64,000 bases of DNA from Sulfuricaulis sp. (GCF_024653915.1 NZ_JANLGY010000017.1:51088-115087), one strand, 5' to 3'. Counted from the stretch's first letter, positions 51,056 through 61,039 are shown. The notes: generated by a model from the sequence alone, not told the origin. Program-made: numbers and translations.

Positions 51056-52339
51056 ATGGCGACCAAATACGTTAATGCGGTAATCTCGGAAGAAAACAAC
51101 GATAACAGTCTGCCCGTGCTGGACGGCACGCTCGGACCCAGCGCGGTGGACATCCAGTCTTTGTACTCCCGAAACGGCCTGCTGGCCTACGATCCCGGGT
51201 TCCGCTCCACCGCCGCCTGCAAGAGCAGCATTACTTTCGTGGACGGCGACAAGGGTGTGTTGCTTTATCGCGGGTACCCGATCGAGGAGCTGGCCGAACA
51301 CAGCGAATTCATCGAAGTGGCCTATCTGTTGATGCATGGCGAATTACCCAACGCCACGCAACGCAAAAAATTTGACGACGCGATTGGCAGCTACAACCTG
51401 CTGCATGAGCAGGTGCTCTCGTTTTACCGTGGTTTCCGCCGTGACGCCCACCCCATGGCAGTTATGGTCGGTGTGGTCGGCGCGCTGTCGGCGTTTTATC
51501 ACGATGTCATGAACATGCGCGACGCCGATGACCGTGAACTGGCGGCCATCCGGCTCGTTGCCAAAATGCCGATGCTGGCTGCGGCCAGCTACACTTATTC
51601 AATCGGCCGCCCGCAACGCTATCCGAACAACACGCTCGACTACGCCTCGAATTTCCTGCAAATGATGTTCGGCGCGCCGAACCGGGACTACGTCGTCGAT
51701 CCAGTCTTAGCGCGCGCGCTCGACGTTATCCTGATCCTGCACGCTGACCACGAACAGAATGCCTCAACCTCCACGGTGCGGCTGGCCGCCTCCAGCGGCG
51801 CCAATCCTTTCGCCTGCATCGCCGCCGGCATTGCCTCGCTTTGGGGCCCGGCGCACGGCGGCGCCAACGAGGCCGTGCTCAAGATGCTGATGGAGATCGG
51901 CAGCGTGGAGAACATCCCGAAGACCATCGACCGCGCCAAGGACAAGAGCGATCCCTTCCGCCTCATGGGTTTCGGCCACCGTATCTACAAGAATTTCGAT
52001 CCGCGCTCGCTGGTCATTCAGAAGCAGGCGAAAAAGGTTTTGGCGCATCTCGGCAAGGACGACCCGCTGCTGGAAATTGCCATGCGGCTGGAGGAGATCG
52101 CGCTCAAGGACGAATACTTCATCGAGCGCAAGCTGTACCCGAACGTGGATTTCTACTCCGGCATCTTGCTGCGCGCCATGGGCTTCCCCATGACCATGTT
52201 CACCGCCGTGTTCGCGCTGGCGCGTACGGCCGGCTGGGCCAGCCACTGGCTCGAGCTGCAGGGCGAATCCCACGGCATCGATCGTCCGCGCCAGATTTAC
52301 GTCGGCAAGACCCTGCGGCATTATTCGAAGAAAAAATAA
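51056..52339 (+). CDS. gltA: Citrate synthase
   Basis: [40 protein letters not shown] and YPNVDFYSG motifs. Confidence 0.97.
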   Translation: MATKYVNAVISEENNDNSLPVLDGTLGPSAVDIQSLYSRNGLLAYDPGFRSTAACKSSITFVDGDKGVLLYRGYPIEELAEHSEFIEVAYLLMHGELPNATQRKKFDDAIGSYNLLHEQVLSFYRGFRRDAHPMAVMVGVVGALSAFYHDVMNMRDADDRELAAIRLVAKMPMLAAASYTYSIGRPQRYPNNTLDYASNFLQMMFGAPNRDYVVDPVLARALDVILILHADHEQNASTSTVRLAASSGANPFACIAAGIASLWGPAHGGANEAVLKMLMEIGSVENIPKTIDRAKDKSDPFRLMGFGHRIYKNFDPRSLVIQKQAKKVLAHLGKDDPLLEIAMRLEEIALKDEYFIERKLYPNVDFYSGILLRAMGFPMTMFTAVFALARTAGWASHWLELQGESHGIDRPRQIYVGKTLRHYSKKK

Positions 52340-52405
52340 ATCCCTGTGTTGAGCTGGGCGATTTATCCGGACCTGCGTTTATCCAGACTCAAAGGACTTT
52401 TTGCC

Positions 52406-52795
52406 ATGAAGAAATATCTTTGGTTCGTGCTGGCGGGAATCTTGCTCGGTGGTTGCGCCTCGTATACCGCCACCTCCGGCCGGGTAGTCATCAAGGATGA
52501 CGGCAAAGCTGCCGACAAAGCTGTCGAGATTCGGCTCATCCCCAGCGATCGTGCGCTGATCAAGGATTACTACCGGAAATCCCCCGTCGCGAATACCGCT
52601 CCAGGGTCGATGCCTTTGATCAGGGGCGGCAACCTTCTGGCGGACGTCAAGGTGGAACCCCTGCCGCCCGTGCTGGAACGGAAACTATCGTCATTACCGA
52701 CCACCCATGTGCGCTGGATAACTGGCCGCGACGTCATTCTTGTTGAAAAGAAAACGCGCACCATCGTGGATGCGATTTACGACGTGACGAAATAG
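52406..52795 (+). CDS. Small lipoprotein, possibly RcnB-like
   Basis: Lipobox LLGG/C; C-terminal LPPVLERKLSSLP...GRDVILVEKKTRTIVDAI resembles RcnB-type repeats (recollection, not searched). Confidence 0.7.
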   Translation: MKKYLWFVLAGILLGGCASYTATSGRVVIKDDGKAADKAVEIRLIPSDRALIKDYYRKSPVANTAPGSMPLIRGGNLLADVKVEPLPPVLERKLSSLPTTHVRWITGRDVILVEKKTRTIVDAIYDVTK

Positions 52796-52799
52796 CGCG

Positions 52800-53921
52800 T
52801 CACTTTTTTATCAAGAATCTCCCGACTAGGGCGCGGCGTTTTTCGTAGGCCTCGCGCGCAATCGCCACGTCTTCCAGAAAGTAGGGCAACTCTTCCAGCA
52901 GCAACGCCTGCGGGCCGTCGACCAGGGCCTTGGTCGGCACCGGATGGAAATCCACCAGAATCATGTTGGCGCCGGCGATCACGCCCTGCGCGGTGACATG
53001 CGAAATATCGAGCATGCCATCGGGCGCGCGGTCGCGCGTGCCCACCGAATGCGAGGGATCGATGCACACCGGCATGCGCGTCAGGCGCTTGATCACCGGC
53101 ACGTGCGCGAAGTCGACGAAGTTGCGGTGCGGATCGCCCATGTTGGTCTTCATGCCGCGCAGGCCGAAGACAATATTCCGGTTGCCTTCGCTGGCCAGGT
53201 ATTCGGCGGCGTTCAGCGATTCCTCCAGGGTGATGCCGAAGCCGCGCTTGAGCAGCACCGGCAACTCGCGCTGGCGTCCGACGATTTTCAGCAGTTCAAA
53301 ATTCTGGGTGTTGCGCGTGCCGATCTGAATCATCACGCCGGTAGGTTTGCCGGTCTTGTGCAATGCCTCCTGGATTTCGATCAGATGTGAGTCGTGGGTG
53401 ATCTCCATGGCGATCACCTTGATGCCGTATTTTCCAGCGAGCTCGAACACCCACGGCAGGCACTCCTTGCCATGGCCCTGGAAGGAATAGGGATTGGTGC
53501 GCGGCTTGTACGCGCCCATGCGCGTGCATACCTGGCCGTTATCGCGCAATGCCTTCAGCATCATCTCGACATGAGTCGGATTATCCACGGCACAGAGACC
53601 GGCGAAGACGTTGAGATTGTCCTGGCTGAATTTAACGCCGTTGTACTCAAAGCCGGTCTGGCGGCCGTCGTCTTTGTGCCGTCCCAGGATGCGGTATTCT
53701 TCCGAGATGCGCACCACGCGCTCCACGCCTGGCAGACTTTCGATCTCGGTTTTGTCGAGCGAGGCGGTGTCGCCGATGAGATAAATTTCCGTGAGCGTTT
53801 GCAGCGTGCCGATTTCCTGGTGGACGCGTGTTTTGATGTTCGGTTTGTGCGCCAGAAAATCGAGAATCTGCCGGTATTCCGGAGTTTTTTCTCCCAGATT
53901 GGGTTTGAGGATAACGATCAT
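52800..53921 (-). CDS. DAHP synthase, class I-beta, with N-terminal regulatory domain
   Basis: GAYKPRTNPYSFQG, QIGTRNTQNF, LLKRG, IDPSH and DGPQAL motifs. Confidence 0.92.
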   Translation of the reverse strand: MIVILKPNLGEKTPEYRQILDFLAHKPNIKTRVHQEIGTLQTLTEIYLIGDTASLDKTEIESLPGVERVVRISEEYRILGRHKDDGRQTGFEYNGVKFSQDNLNVFAGLCAVDNPTHVEMMLKALRDNGQVCTRMGAYKPRTNPYSFQGHGKECLPWVFELAGKYGIKVIAMEITHDSHLIEIQEALHKTGKPTGVMIQIGTRNTQNFELLKIVGRQRELPVLLKRGFGITLEESLNAAEYLASEGNRNIVFGLRGMKTNMGDPHRNFVDFAHVPVIKRLTRMPVCIDPSHSVGTRDRAPDGMLDISHVTAQGVIAGANMILVDFHPVPTKALVDGPQALLLEELPYFLEDVAIAREAYEKRRALVGRFLIKK

Positions 53922-54014
53922 GCGACTTTTCCTTTATTATTCAATACGGCTCAAGGCTGGGTATTTTAACAATTTAACCGTGAAAGATATGTTTACAATG
54001 AGCCTCAACTCCGC

Positions 54015-54383
54015 ATGAGCCTGAAAGCCGTCAAATCCCCGCCCTACGCCCTGGACCGCGCCACCCTGGAACGCGAGGTGCGCGTGGATACCTATCGTGC
54101 CTCCGGCCCAGGCGGGCAGCACGTAAACCGTACCGAATCGGCGATACGCCTGACCCATGCACCTTCGGGGGTGGTGGTGACGGCCACGGAGAACCGCTCC
54201 CAGATCCGCAATCGCGCCATCGCCTTCGAGCGTCTTGCACTGAAATTGCGCGCACTAAACCGCGTACGCAAGCCGCGCAAGGCCACCCGCATCAGCCGGG
54301 GAATGAAAGAACGCCGGCTGGACGCCAAGAAGCGACGTGCCGCCCTGAAGCGCGAGCGATCACACCGCCGCGAGGAATATTAG
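54015..54383 (+). CDS. arfB: ArfB/YaeJ-like peptidyl-tRNA hydrolase (stand-alone GGQ domain)
   Basis: [29 protein letters not shown] and a basic tail [23 protein letters not shown]. Confidence 0.82.
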   Translation: MSLKAVKSPPYALDRATLEREVRVDTYRASGPGGQHVNRTESAIRLTHAPSGVVVTATENRSQIRNRAIAFERLALKLRALNRVRKPRKATRISRGMKERRLDAKKRRAALKRERSHRREEY

Positions 54384-54501
54384 CGTTTGCTCAAGCGTCT
54401 TCCGGCTGAATTGTTTTGCCCGGGGAGTTGACGTAGGATGTTTTTACACCAGCCCCACCGCAGGGCGGGTGGTTTTAGTTCCAAATAATAAAGGGGGATG
54501 T

Positions 54502-54705
54502 ATGCAAACCGGTACCGTGAAGTGGTTCAATAACGCGAAGGGTTATGGTTTTATCACCCCGAGCGACGGCAGTGAGGATGTGTTTGTGCATTTTTCCACC
54601 ATCGAAGGAGACGGTTACAAGAGTCTGAACGAGGGGCAGCAGGTCGAGTTTGAGCACGCTCAGGGACCGAAGGGCAAGCAGACCACGCGCGTTCTCCCCC
54701 GCTGA
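54502..54705 (+). CDS. Cold-shock domain protein (CspD-like)
   Basis: [24 protein letters not shown] and QGPKG; AAGGGGG RBS. Confidence 0.96.
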   Translation: MQTGTVKWFNNAKGYGFITPSDGSEDVFVHFSTIEGDGYKSLNEGQQVEFEHAQGPKGKQTTRVLPR

Positions 54706-54737
54706 AATACCGACAGGAAACAGCATTTGCAATTTCC

Positions 54738-54767
54738 GGCCCCGCCACCGTGCGGGGCCTTGTTTTT
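54738..54767 (+). terminator. Intrinsic terminator after the csp gene
   Basis: GGCCCCGC-CACCGT-GCGGGGCC-TTGTTTTT. Confidence 0.8.
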
Positions 54768-54850
54768 GTGCATGGCGCCCGGCGCGTTCCACGCTGGCGT
54801 GCCGTGGGCGTTTTACTACACTTGAGAGAAGACATTCCCGTTCGCATCGC

Positions 54851-57226
54851 ATGAACTGGCTGGGCAAGACACTGACGCGGAAGTTCATCATCCTGCTCGC
54901 CGGGTTTCTGGCGTTGCAGGCGCTCCAGCTCGGCATCGGCATATTCGGTATCCTGCATGTCGGCGAGGAGGGCACGGCCATCAACGAGGCCGGCCGTCAG
55001 CGCATGCGCATGTATCATCTGTTGTTTCTTACGCACGAGGCTCTGGAATACCATTCCTGGCCGAGTGAGGGGCGCAAGATCGTGGATGGCATTCTTGCCG
55101 ACTACGACGCCGAGTCCGACCGCCTTGATGCGCTGGCCGGTAAGTCGGCGAAGTACGAAAAATTCCGGGAAGCCGTTACCGCCGTGCGCGCTCACTGGGA
55201 CGGGGAGCTGAAACCGCTGTTGCTGGCGCTCGATCCGTCAAACCCTCAAGCGGCGTTGGCAACCTTGGCCCGTTTCGAGGCCCAGGTTCCCGGGCACGTG
55301 AGACATCTGGAGGAGGTCATGAGCCTGATGGAGCTGGATGCCGCCGAGGATGCTCGCGAACTCGCCATTTTTCAGGCCGTTATTCTTGGATTGACCCTGC
55401 TCCTCGGCGCGGTCGGTTTTGCCATGGCCCGCTATGTCGTGACTCTGCCGCTGCGGCAGCTGACGGAGGCAACACGTTCCATCGCCGCCGGCGCCTATGA
55501 CAGGCGTGTCGTGATTTCCTCGCGCGACGAAATCGGCGAGCTGGCCGGCACCTTCAACCGTATGGCGGAGGCCATCGGTGCAAAGACCTCGCGTATCGTT
55601 GCCCTGAACGAGATTGCCATTTATCTCACCTCAAAATTGTCATTGCGTGAGTTGCTGGATGAAATCATGAACCGCGGCATGCAGTTGACCGGCGCGCAGG
55701 CCGCCTGCATCGCTTTTTTCGATCAGAAGACGAGCCGCTTTAAAGAATGGGTCACGCAAGGTCTGTCGGACCATTTTGTTAAGAACATGTCTTTCCGCCC
55801 CGGTGGCCTGGCCCATGAGGCTTTTACTACTACTACTACTACTACTACTTCGGTCGGTACTTACATCCTCAGCAACGACCGGCCCGAGACAAAACACAAA
55901 CTTTCCCGGCTGACGCACGAGGAAGGCATCCAGTCGTTCACCTGCCTGCCGCTCACGAGCCACGCCAGCCGGCTGGGCGTGATTTATTTCTACCGCAAGG
56001 ACCGCGATTTCTTTTTGCCGGATGAAATCGAAACTCTGAACACCTTCGCCCACCTTGCCGCCGGCGCAATCGAGAACGCGCAGTTACAGGAGCAGACGCA
56101 GGACCTCGCCGTCACCGACAAGCTCACCGATCTGCGCAACCGCCGGTTTTTCGATCAGCGGCTGGCCGAGGAAATCCAGTATGCCATAAGGGATGAAAAG
56201 CCCCTTTCGCTGTTGCTGCTCGATATTGATGATTTCAAGCGCATCAATGACACCTATGGGCATGCTGCCGGCGACAAGATGCTCCAGACTTTGGGCCGCA
56301 CACTTTCGGGCCAGTTGTGGCAGGTTGACGTCGCCGCCCGCTACGGCGGAGAGGAGTTCACCGTCATTCTCCCAGGAACGGATTTCAATGCCGCGAGGCG
56401 CGTGGCTGAACGCCTCCGGCAGTCTGTCGAGGGTGCGACGACCCGCCTGGAGGGCGGTCGCACGATCAGTATGACGGTCAGCATTGGCATTGCCTGTTTC
56501 CCGCGTTGCGGGGACTCGGCGGAAAGCCTGGTCGAGCACGCCGACCAGGCTTTGTATACCGCCAAGCGCGAGGGCAAGAACCGCGTGTGTCTGTACCGTG
56601 AAATTCTCAAGTCAAGACTGGAGCAGAATCCGGATGAAATCGTAATGTTGCTCAAACAGGGCCTGGAGAATATTCAGCCCATTGTTACGGCTGTGTCCGC
56701 CAAGGCGGCGTTTCTTCACGAACACATGGCGCTGGTTGTCGATACGGCGATGCGGCTGGCGGATGTGCTCACGCTTAACCGGGAGGATCGTGAAACGTTG
56801 CGCCTCGCGGCGCAGTTGCATGAGATCGGCATGATCACCATATCCGACGAGGTCCTGAACAAGCGGGGCGCGCTAACCACCGAGGACTGGGCGCTGATCC
56901 GGCAGCACCCCGCCACCGCTGCCGGATTCCTGGAGCAGGTGCCCGCCTTGTGTCACCTCGCGCCGGTTGTCCGTCATCATCATGAGCGTTATGACGGCGG
57001 CGGCTATCCCGACGGGCTCAAGGGTGAGGCCATTCCCTATCTGGCGCGGGTACTGACGGCCGCGGACACCTATGCCGCGATGATAGGCGAATGGATCGGG
57101 CATAAGGCCAAGCCGGCCGCTGTGGCCAAAGCGCAGTTTACAGAATCCGCCGGGACCCAGCTTGATCCGCGGATCGTTTTGGCGTTTGTACAGGTGCTGG
57201 ATAAGGAGCAGGCACAGACAGACTGA
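54851..57226 (+). CDS. Membrane sensor: NarX/PilJ-like periplasmic domain, HAMP, GAF, GGDEF and degenerate HD-GYP
   Basis: TM; AINEAGRQRM (P-box-like); TM; HAMP (DEIGELAGTFNRMAE); GAF; DIDDFKRINDTYGHAAGD and ARYGGEEF; LHEIG and HHERYDGGGYP. ATG 54851. Confidence 0.92.
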   Translation: MNWLGKTLTRKFIILLAGFLALQALQLGIGIFGILHVGEEGTAINEAGRQRMRMYHLLFLTHEALEYHSWPSEGRKIVDGILADYDAESDRLDALAGKSAKYEKFREAVTAVRAHWDGELKPLLLALDPSNPQAALATLARFEAQVPGHVRHLEEVMSLMELDAAEDARELAIFQAVILGLTLLLGAVGFAMARYVVTLPLRQLTEATRSIAAGAYDRRVVISSRDEIGELAGTFNRMAEAIGAKTSRIVALNEIAIYLTSKLSLRELLDEIMNRGMQLTGAQAACIAFFDQKTSRFKEWVTQGLSDHFVKNMSFRPGGLAHEAFTTTTTTTTSVGTYILSNDRPETKHKLSRLTHEEGIQSFTCLPLTSHASRLGVIYFYRKDRDFFLPDEIETLNTFAHLAAGAIENAQLQEQTQDLAVTDKLTDLRNRRFFDQRLAEEIQYAIRDEKPLSLLLLDIDDFKRINDTYGHAAGDKMLQTLGRTLSGQLWQVDVAARYGGEEFTVILPGTDFNAARRVAERLRQSVEGATTRLEGGRTISMTVSIGIACFPRCGDSAESLVEHADQALYTAKREGKNRVCLYREILKSRLEQNPDEIVMLLKQGLENIQPIVTAVSAKAAFLHEHMALVVDTAMRLADVLTLNREDRETLRLAAQLHEIGMITISDEVLNKRGALTTEDWALIRQHPATAAGFLEQVPALCHLAPVVRHHHERYDGGGYPDGLKGEAIPYLARVLTAADTYAAMIGEWIGHKAKPAAVAKAQFTESAGTQLDPRIVLAFVQVLDKEQAQTD
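55826..55849 (+). repeat. (ACT)8 trinucleotide tract encoding Thr8
   Basis: Eight perfect ACT units in frame within the GAF region. Confidence 0.97.
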
Positions 57227-57287
57227 GTGCGCGCGGCGGAGGGTGTGCGCGACGCCGGAATCGGGGCCGGAGCCCCAGCTCCCGACG

Positions 57288-58541
57288 TTATCCCGATGTC
57301 CGCTCCAGCGCGACGGCATAGAATCCGTCGGTGTGATGGCGGTGCGGGTACAGCCGCAGGACGTCGTCCTCCATCGTCAGCGGCACGTGCCGTCGCTCCA
57401 GTATCTCGTTTACCGGGATCATGCGAAAGTCCGGGTGTTCTGACAGGAATTTTTCCACGATGTCATCGTTTTCTTCTTTCAGCAAACTGCATGTCGCATA
57501 TACCAGCCTCCCTCCGGGCTTGAGCAGCTCGGCCGCGGCGGCCAGGATGCGCTGCTGGGTGTCCGTCAGCTCTGCCAGGTTGATGTTGCGCCATTTAATG
57601 TCGGGATTGCGTCGCATCGTGCCGGTACCCGAGCAGGGCGCGTCTACCAGTACGCGGTCAATTTTCCCCTTCAGACGTTGCACACGCGCATCGCGTTCAT
57701 GGCTTATCGTGACCATGCGGACGTTGTTCAGTCCGGCGCGCCGCAGCCGTGGCTTGAGCCGGTCCAGCCGCTTGGCCAGTACGTCGAAGGCATACACCGT
57801 GCCGGAGTTGGCCATGAGCGCCCCCAAGTACAGCGTTTTTCCGCCGGCGCCGGCGCAGAAATCCACGACCATTTCCTGCCGTTTCGGCTCCAGCATCAGC
57901 GCCAGCAACTGACTGCCTTCGTCCTGTACCTCGAATAATCCCTCCTTAAAACAAAGCGTCTTGAAAATCGGCGCGCGCTCACGGCGTCGCAGACCGGAAG
58001 GCGAGTAGGGCGTAACCTCGCACGAAAACCCTTCTTGCGTGAGCCGCGTCTGGACCTCATCGCGTTTGGCCTTGATCGTGTTAACGCGCATGTCCAATGG
58101 CGCGGGCTGATTCAGCGCCTGCGATAACGCCAGCGTTTCCGCATCGCCGTATTGCGCACGCAATAGTTCCGCCAGCCAGTCCGGCATGTTCGCTTGAATG
58201 GCAAATGGCAGCGTGGTTTTGTCGAGCGTGCGCGCACGCTCCACCATCCCGCGCGCATCGCCCCGGAATCCCGTTTCTTCAAGTGCGCGGGCGCTGTAGT
58301 CGTGTGTCAGCAGGTATGCCGCCACCACATCCAGCAGCAGAGAGTTACCGGCAATGTGCTCCAGCCAGCGTTTCTCGCGCAGACAGCCGTAAACCGTCTC
58401 CGCCACGAAGCCGCGATCGCGCACGCCCATATTCTTGTGCGTTCGGAAATAACCCTCCATCTGCCGGTCGGCGGGTATTTTTTCGCTGAGAATGCGTTCC
58501 AGCAGCTCAGCGGCGGAATGGAGCAGGATGGGTTTGGCCAT
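57288..58541 (-). CDS. RsmB/NOP (Fmu/Sun)-family RNA m5C methyltransferase
   Basis: QDEGSQ, DFCAGAGGKT, VLVDAPCSGTG, YATCS and TDGFY motifs. Confidence 0.95.
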   Translation of the reverse strand: MAKPILLHSAAELLERILSEKIPADRQMEGYFRTHKNMGVRDRGFVAETVYGCLREKRWLEHIAGNSLLLDVVAAYLLTHDYSARALEETGFRGDARGMVERARTLDKTTLPFAIQANMPDWLAELLRAQYGDAETLALSQALNQPAPLDMRVNTIKAKRDEVQTRLTQEGFSCEVTPYSPSGLRRRERAPIFKTLCFKEGLFEVQDEGSQLLALMLEPKRQEMVVDFCAGAGGKTLYLGALMANSGTVYAFDVLAKRLDRLKPRLRRAGLNNVRMVTISHERDARVQRLKGKIDRVLVDAPCSGTGTMRRNPDIKWRNINLAELTDTQQRILAAAAELLKPGGRLVYATCSLLKEENDDIVEKFLSEHPDFRMIPVNEILERRHVPLTMEDDVLRLYPHRHHTDGFYAVALERTSG

Positions 58542-58583
58542 GGATGAATGTGGGAAAGGCTGCGGATGCGAATCGCAGCGGGA

Positions 58584-59471
58584 TTATTTGCCGTAGCGCT
58601 GGAGCAGATCCTGATAGGCGTCTATGCGCCGGTCACGAAAGAAGGGCCAGATACGGCGCACGTCTTCGGATTGTTTACGGCTGATTTCCGCCACCAGGAC
58701 CTCGGGCTTGTCGCTTGCGGCCTGCGCGAAATATTCTCCCTGCGGCCCGGTAATAAAACTCGAACCCCAGAATTGAATTCCTGACGTGCGGCCTGAAGGG
58801 TCCGGTTCGTGCCCCACGCGGTTGCAGGTGACGACAGGCAGGCCGTTGGCGATGGCATGCGCACGCTGGATGGTTATCCAGGCCTCGCGCTGGCGGCTTT
58901 TCTCGGCTTCATCGTCGCGCGGGTCCCAGCCGATAGCAGTAGGGTAGAGCAGGATGTCCGCGCCGTGCATGGCCATTAGCCGCGCGGCTTCCGGGTACCA
59001 CTGATCCCAGCACACCAGCACACCGAGCATGCCCACCGAGGTGCTGATCGGCACGAAACCCTGATCACCCGGCGTGAAATAAAACTTTTCGCAGTACCCG
59101 GGATCGTTCGGGATGTGCATTTTTCGGTATTGACCCTTCAGGCTGCCATCCGCCTCCAGCACCACCGCGGTGTTGTGATGCACGCCGGGGGCACGGCGCT
59201 CGAACAACGAGCCGACGATAACGACGCCCAATTCCTTCGCGATCTTGCCCAGATCCTGCGTGGTCGGGCCCGGGATCGCTTCGGCCTGATCGAAGCGCTT
59301 GGTGTCTTCCGTTTGGCAGAAGTAAACCCCGGTGTGCAGCTCCTGCAACAACACCAGCCTGGCGCCGCGCGCGGCCGCCTCACGAATCCCGGCAATCGAG
59401 GTGGCGAGATTTTTGTTCCGGTCCTCGGAACAGGTTTGTTGCACGAGGCCGATCTTGAGCGATGCATTCAT
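58584..59471 (-). CDS. aguB: N-carbamoylputrescine amidase (nitrilase/CN-hydrolase family)
   Basis: LQELH, YRKMHIPNDPGYCEKFYFTPGD, VCWDQWYPEAAR and FFRDRR; near agmatine deiminase. Confidence 0.88.
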   Translation of the reverse strand: MNASLKIGLVQQTCSEDRNKNLATSIAGIREAAARGARLVLLQELHTGVYFCQTEDTKRFDQAEAIPGPTTQDLGKIAKELGVVIVGSLFERRAPGVHHNTAVVLEADGSLKGQYRKMHIPNDPGYCEKFYFTPGDQGFVPISTSVGMLGVLVCWDQWYPEAARLMAMHGADILLYPTAIGWDPRDDEAEKSRQREAWITIQRAHAIANGLPVVTCNRVGHEPDPSGRTSGIQFWGSSFITGPQGEYFAQAASDKPEVLVAEISRKQSEDVRRIWPFFRDRRIDAYQDLLQRYGK

Positions 59472-59577
59472 GTCGCCAATGTTAGCATGTTCCCGCGTGA
59501 TTTTTGTTCAATGCTTGACACCGATGGCGGCCATTCCCTATCGTGCGCTTCCTTCTTGCAACAAAAGGAGTTGTTTC

Positions 59578-59841
59578 ATGAAACGCAAACTGATTCTTCT
59601 TGCAAGCTTGTTACTGATCAGTCCGCTGGCCATGGCCTACCAAGTTACCGGCCCGGTGGTGGAAGTGACTGATTCCAAGATTGTCGTGAAGAAAGGCAAG
59701 GATAACTGGGAATTGGCACGCGATGCCGGCACCAAGCTAATGGGCGATGTCAAAGTGGGTGACAAGGTGACGGTCGAGTACAGGATGACCGCGACCAGCA
59801 TCGAAGCCAAGAGCGGGGGCAAAGCCAAAGGCAAGAAATAG
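59578..59841 (+). CDS. Small exported beta-rich protein (87 aa), unknown function
   Basis: AGGAG RBS; signal peptide ending AMA/YQ; YQVTGPVVEV...VKVGDKVTVEY is OB-fold-like. Confidence 0.85.
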   Translation: MKRKLILLASLLLISPLAMAYQVTGPVVEVTDSKIVVKKGKDNWELARDAGTKLMGDVKVGDKVTVEYRMTATSIEAKSGGKAKGKK

Positions 59842-59870
59842 AAAAAACCAAAGATTACAGTTCGTGTATT

Positions 59871-59908
59871 CAAAAACGGGAAGGCCTAATACGGTCTTCC
59901 CGTTTTTG
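59871..59908. terminator. Bidirectional terminator between the small exported protein and aguA
   Basis: CAAAAACGGGAAGGCC-TAATAC-GGTCTTCCCGTTTTTG. Confidence 0.9.
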
Positions 59909-59927
59909 TTTGGACCGGCGACTGGTT

Positions 59928-60971
59928 CTAAAGCACCCCCTCCGGCAACTGCATCGTCACGCAGTGCAGGCTGCCAAACTGGTAAATGAGCGGCAGGCAG
60001 TTGATAGCGACCACTTCGCGGTCCGGGAAACACCCTTTCAGTTGTGTCAGCGCATCGTCATCAGCCGGGTCTTCATAGGTGGGTACCAGCACGGCCCCGT
60101 TGATGATGAGAAAATTGGCATAGGTGGCCGGCAGGCGGTTGCCATCCTCGTCGAATTTCGCGCTTGGCCAGGGCAGTGGCACGAGGCGGTAGGGCTGGCC
60201 GTCTGCGGCACGAAACACTTTCAGCTCGTCCTCCATCGCCTTCAGCTCTGCGAAATGTTCGTCTTGCGGATCATCGCAGCGGACATAAGCAATGGTGTGG
60301 CTGTCGCAAAACCGGGCGAGCGTGTCGACGTGGCTGTCGGTATCGTCACCAGCGAGATAACCGTGATGCAGCCAGAGAATGCGATTGATTCCGAGTAGTT
60401 CTTTCAGGTGCTGTTCCAATTGCGTCAGCGTCATATTCGGGTTGCGCGTGGGTGCAAGCAGGCAACGGGCGGTGGTGAGCAAGGTCCCGGAGCCGTCAAC
60501 CTCGATGGAGCCGCCCTCGAGTATCATCTCGACCGTCTGCATGGGTGTTTTTTTGAATACGTCCATGGTGTAAAGCTTGCGGTTGATCTGGTTATCGAGC
60601 TCAAAGCCGTATTTTCCGCCCCAGCCGTTGAATCCAAAGTCGAGCAACAGGGCTTCATACGTGCATAAAACGGTCATGGGTCCATGGTCGCGTGCCCAGG
60701 TGTCGTTGGAGGGCACGGTCCGCAGAATGACCCGCCCCATGTCCACGCCGGACTCGGACAACAGCTTGCCGACATATTCGCGGTGCTCCCGGTCGTAGCA
60801 GGAGATCAATACGTTTTCGCGCCGCGTCACCTGCCGTGCGATCTCAACGAATACCGGCTCGACCTGTTTCAGGCGTTTGGCCCAGTCGCCGTGCACATGC
60901 GGCCAGGTGAGCATGACGCCGCTTTGGGGCGCCCATTCAGCAGGGAGGTAGTTGCGGCAGGTGTCGGCCAT
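59928..60971 (-). CDS. aguA: Agmatine deiminase (PPAD family)
   Basis: PAEW, DTWARDHGP, FNGWGGK, LEGGSIEVDG, DDTDSHVD, ATYANF and GSLHCVTMQ motifs. Confidence 0.93.
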   Translation of the reverse strand: MADTCRNYLPAEWAPQSGVMLTWPHVHGDWAKRLKQVEPVFVEIARQVTRRENVLISCYDREHREYVGKLLSESGVDMGRVILRTVPSNDTWARDHGPMTVLCTYEALLLDFGFNGWGGKYGFELDNQINRKLYTMDVFKKTPMQTVEMILEGGSIEVDGSGTLLTTARCLLAPTRNPNMTLTQLEQHLKELLGINRILWLHHGYLAGDDTDSHVDTLARFCDSHTIAYVRCDDPQDEHFAELKAMEDELKVFRAADGQPYRLVPLPWPSAKFDEDGNRLPATYANFLIINGAVLVPTYEDPADDDALTQLKGCFPDREVVAINCLPLIYQFGSLHCVTMQLPEGVL

Positions 60972-61039
60972 CGGGTTTTTATCATGTCCTGGTCAAAACG
61001 CCGCGTATGCTAGCGTAGCAATTGCGTCGCGCCAAGCGC

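Noticed and set aside
54650-54850. 67-aa N-terminal extension of the sensor cyclase from the ORF track
   Set aside because: It overlaps the csp gene and its terminator; ATG 54851 directly precedes the first TM segment.
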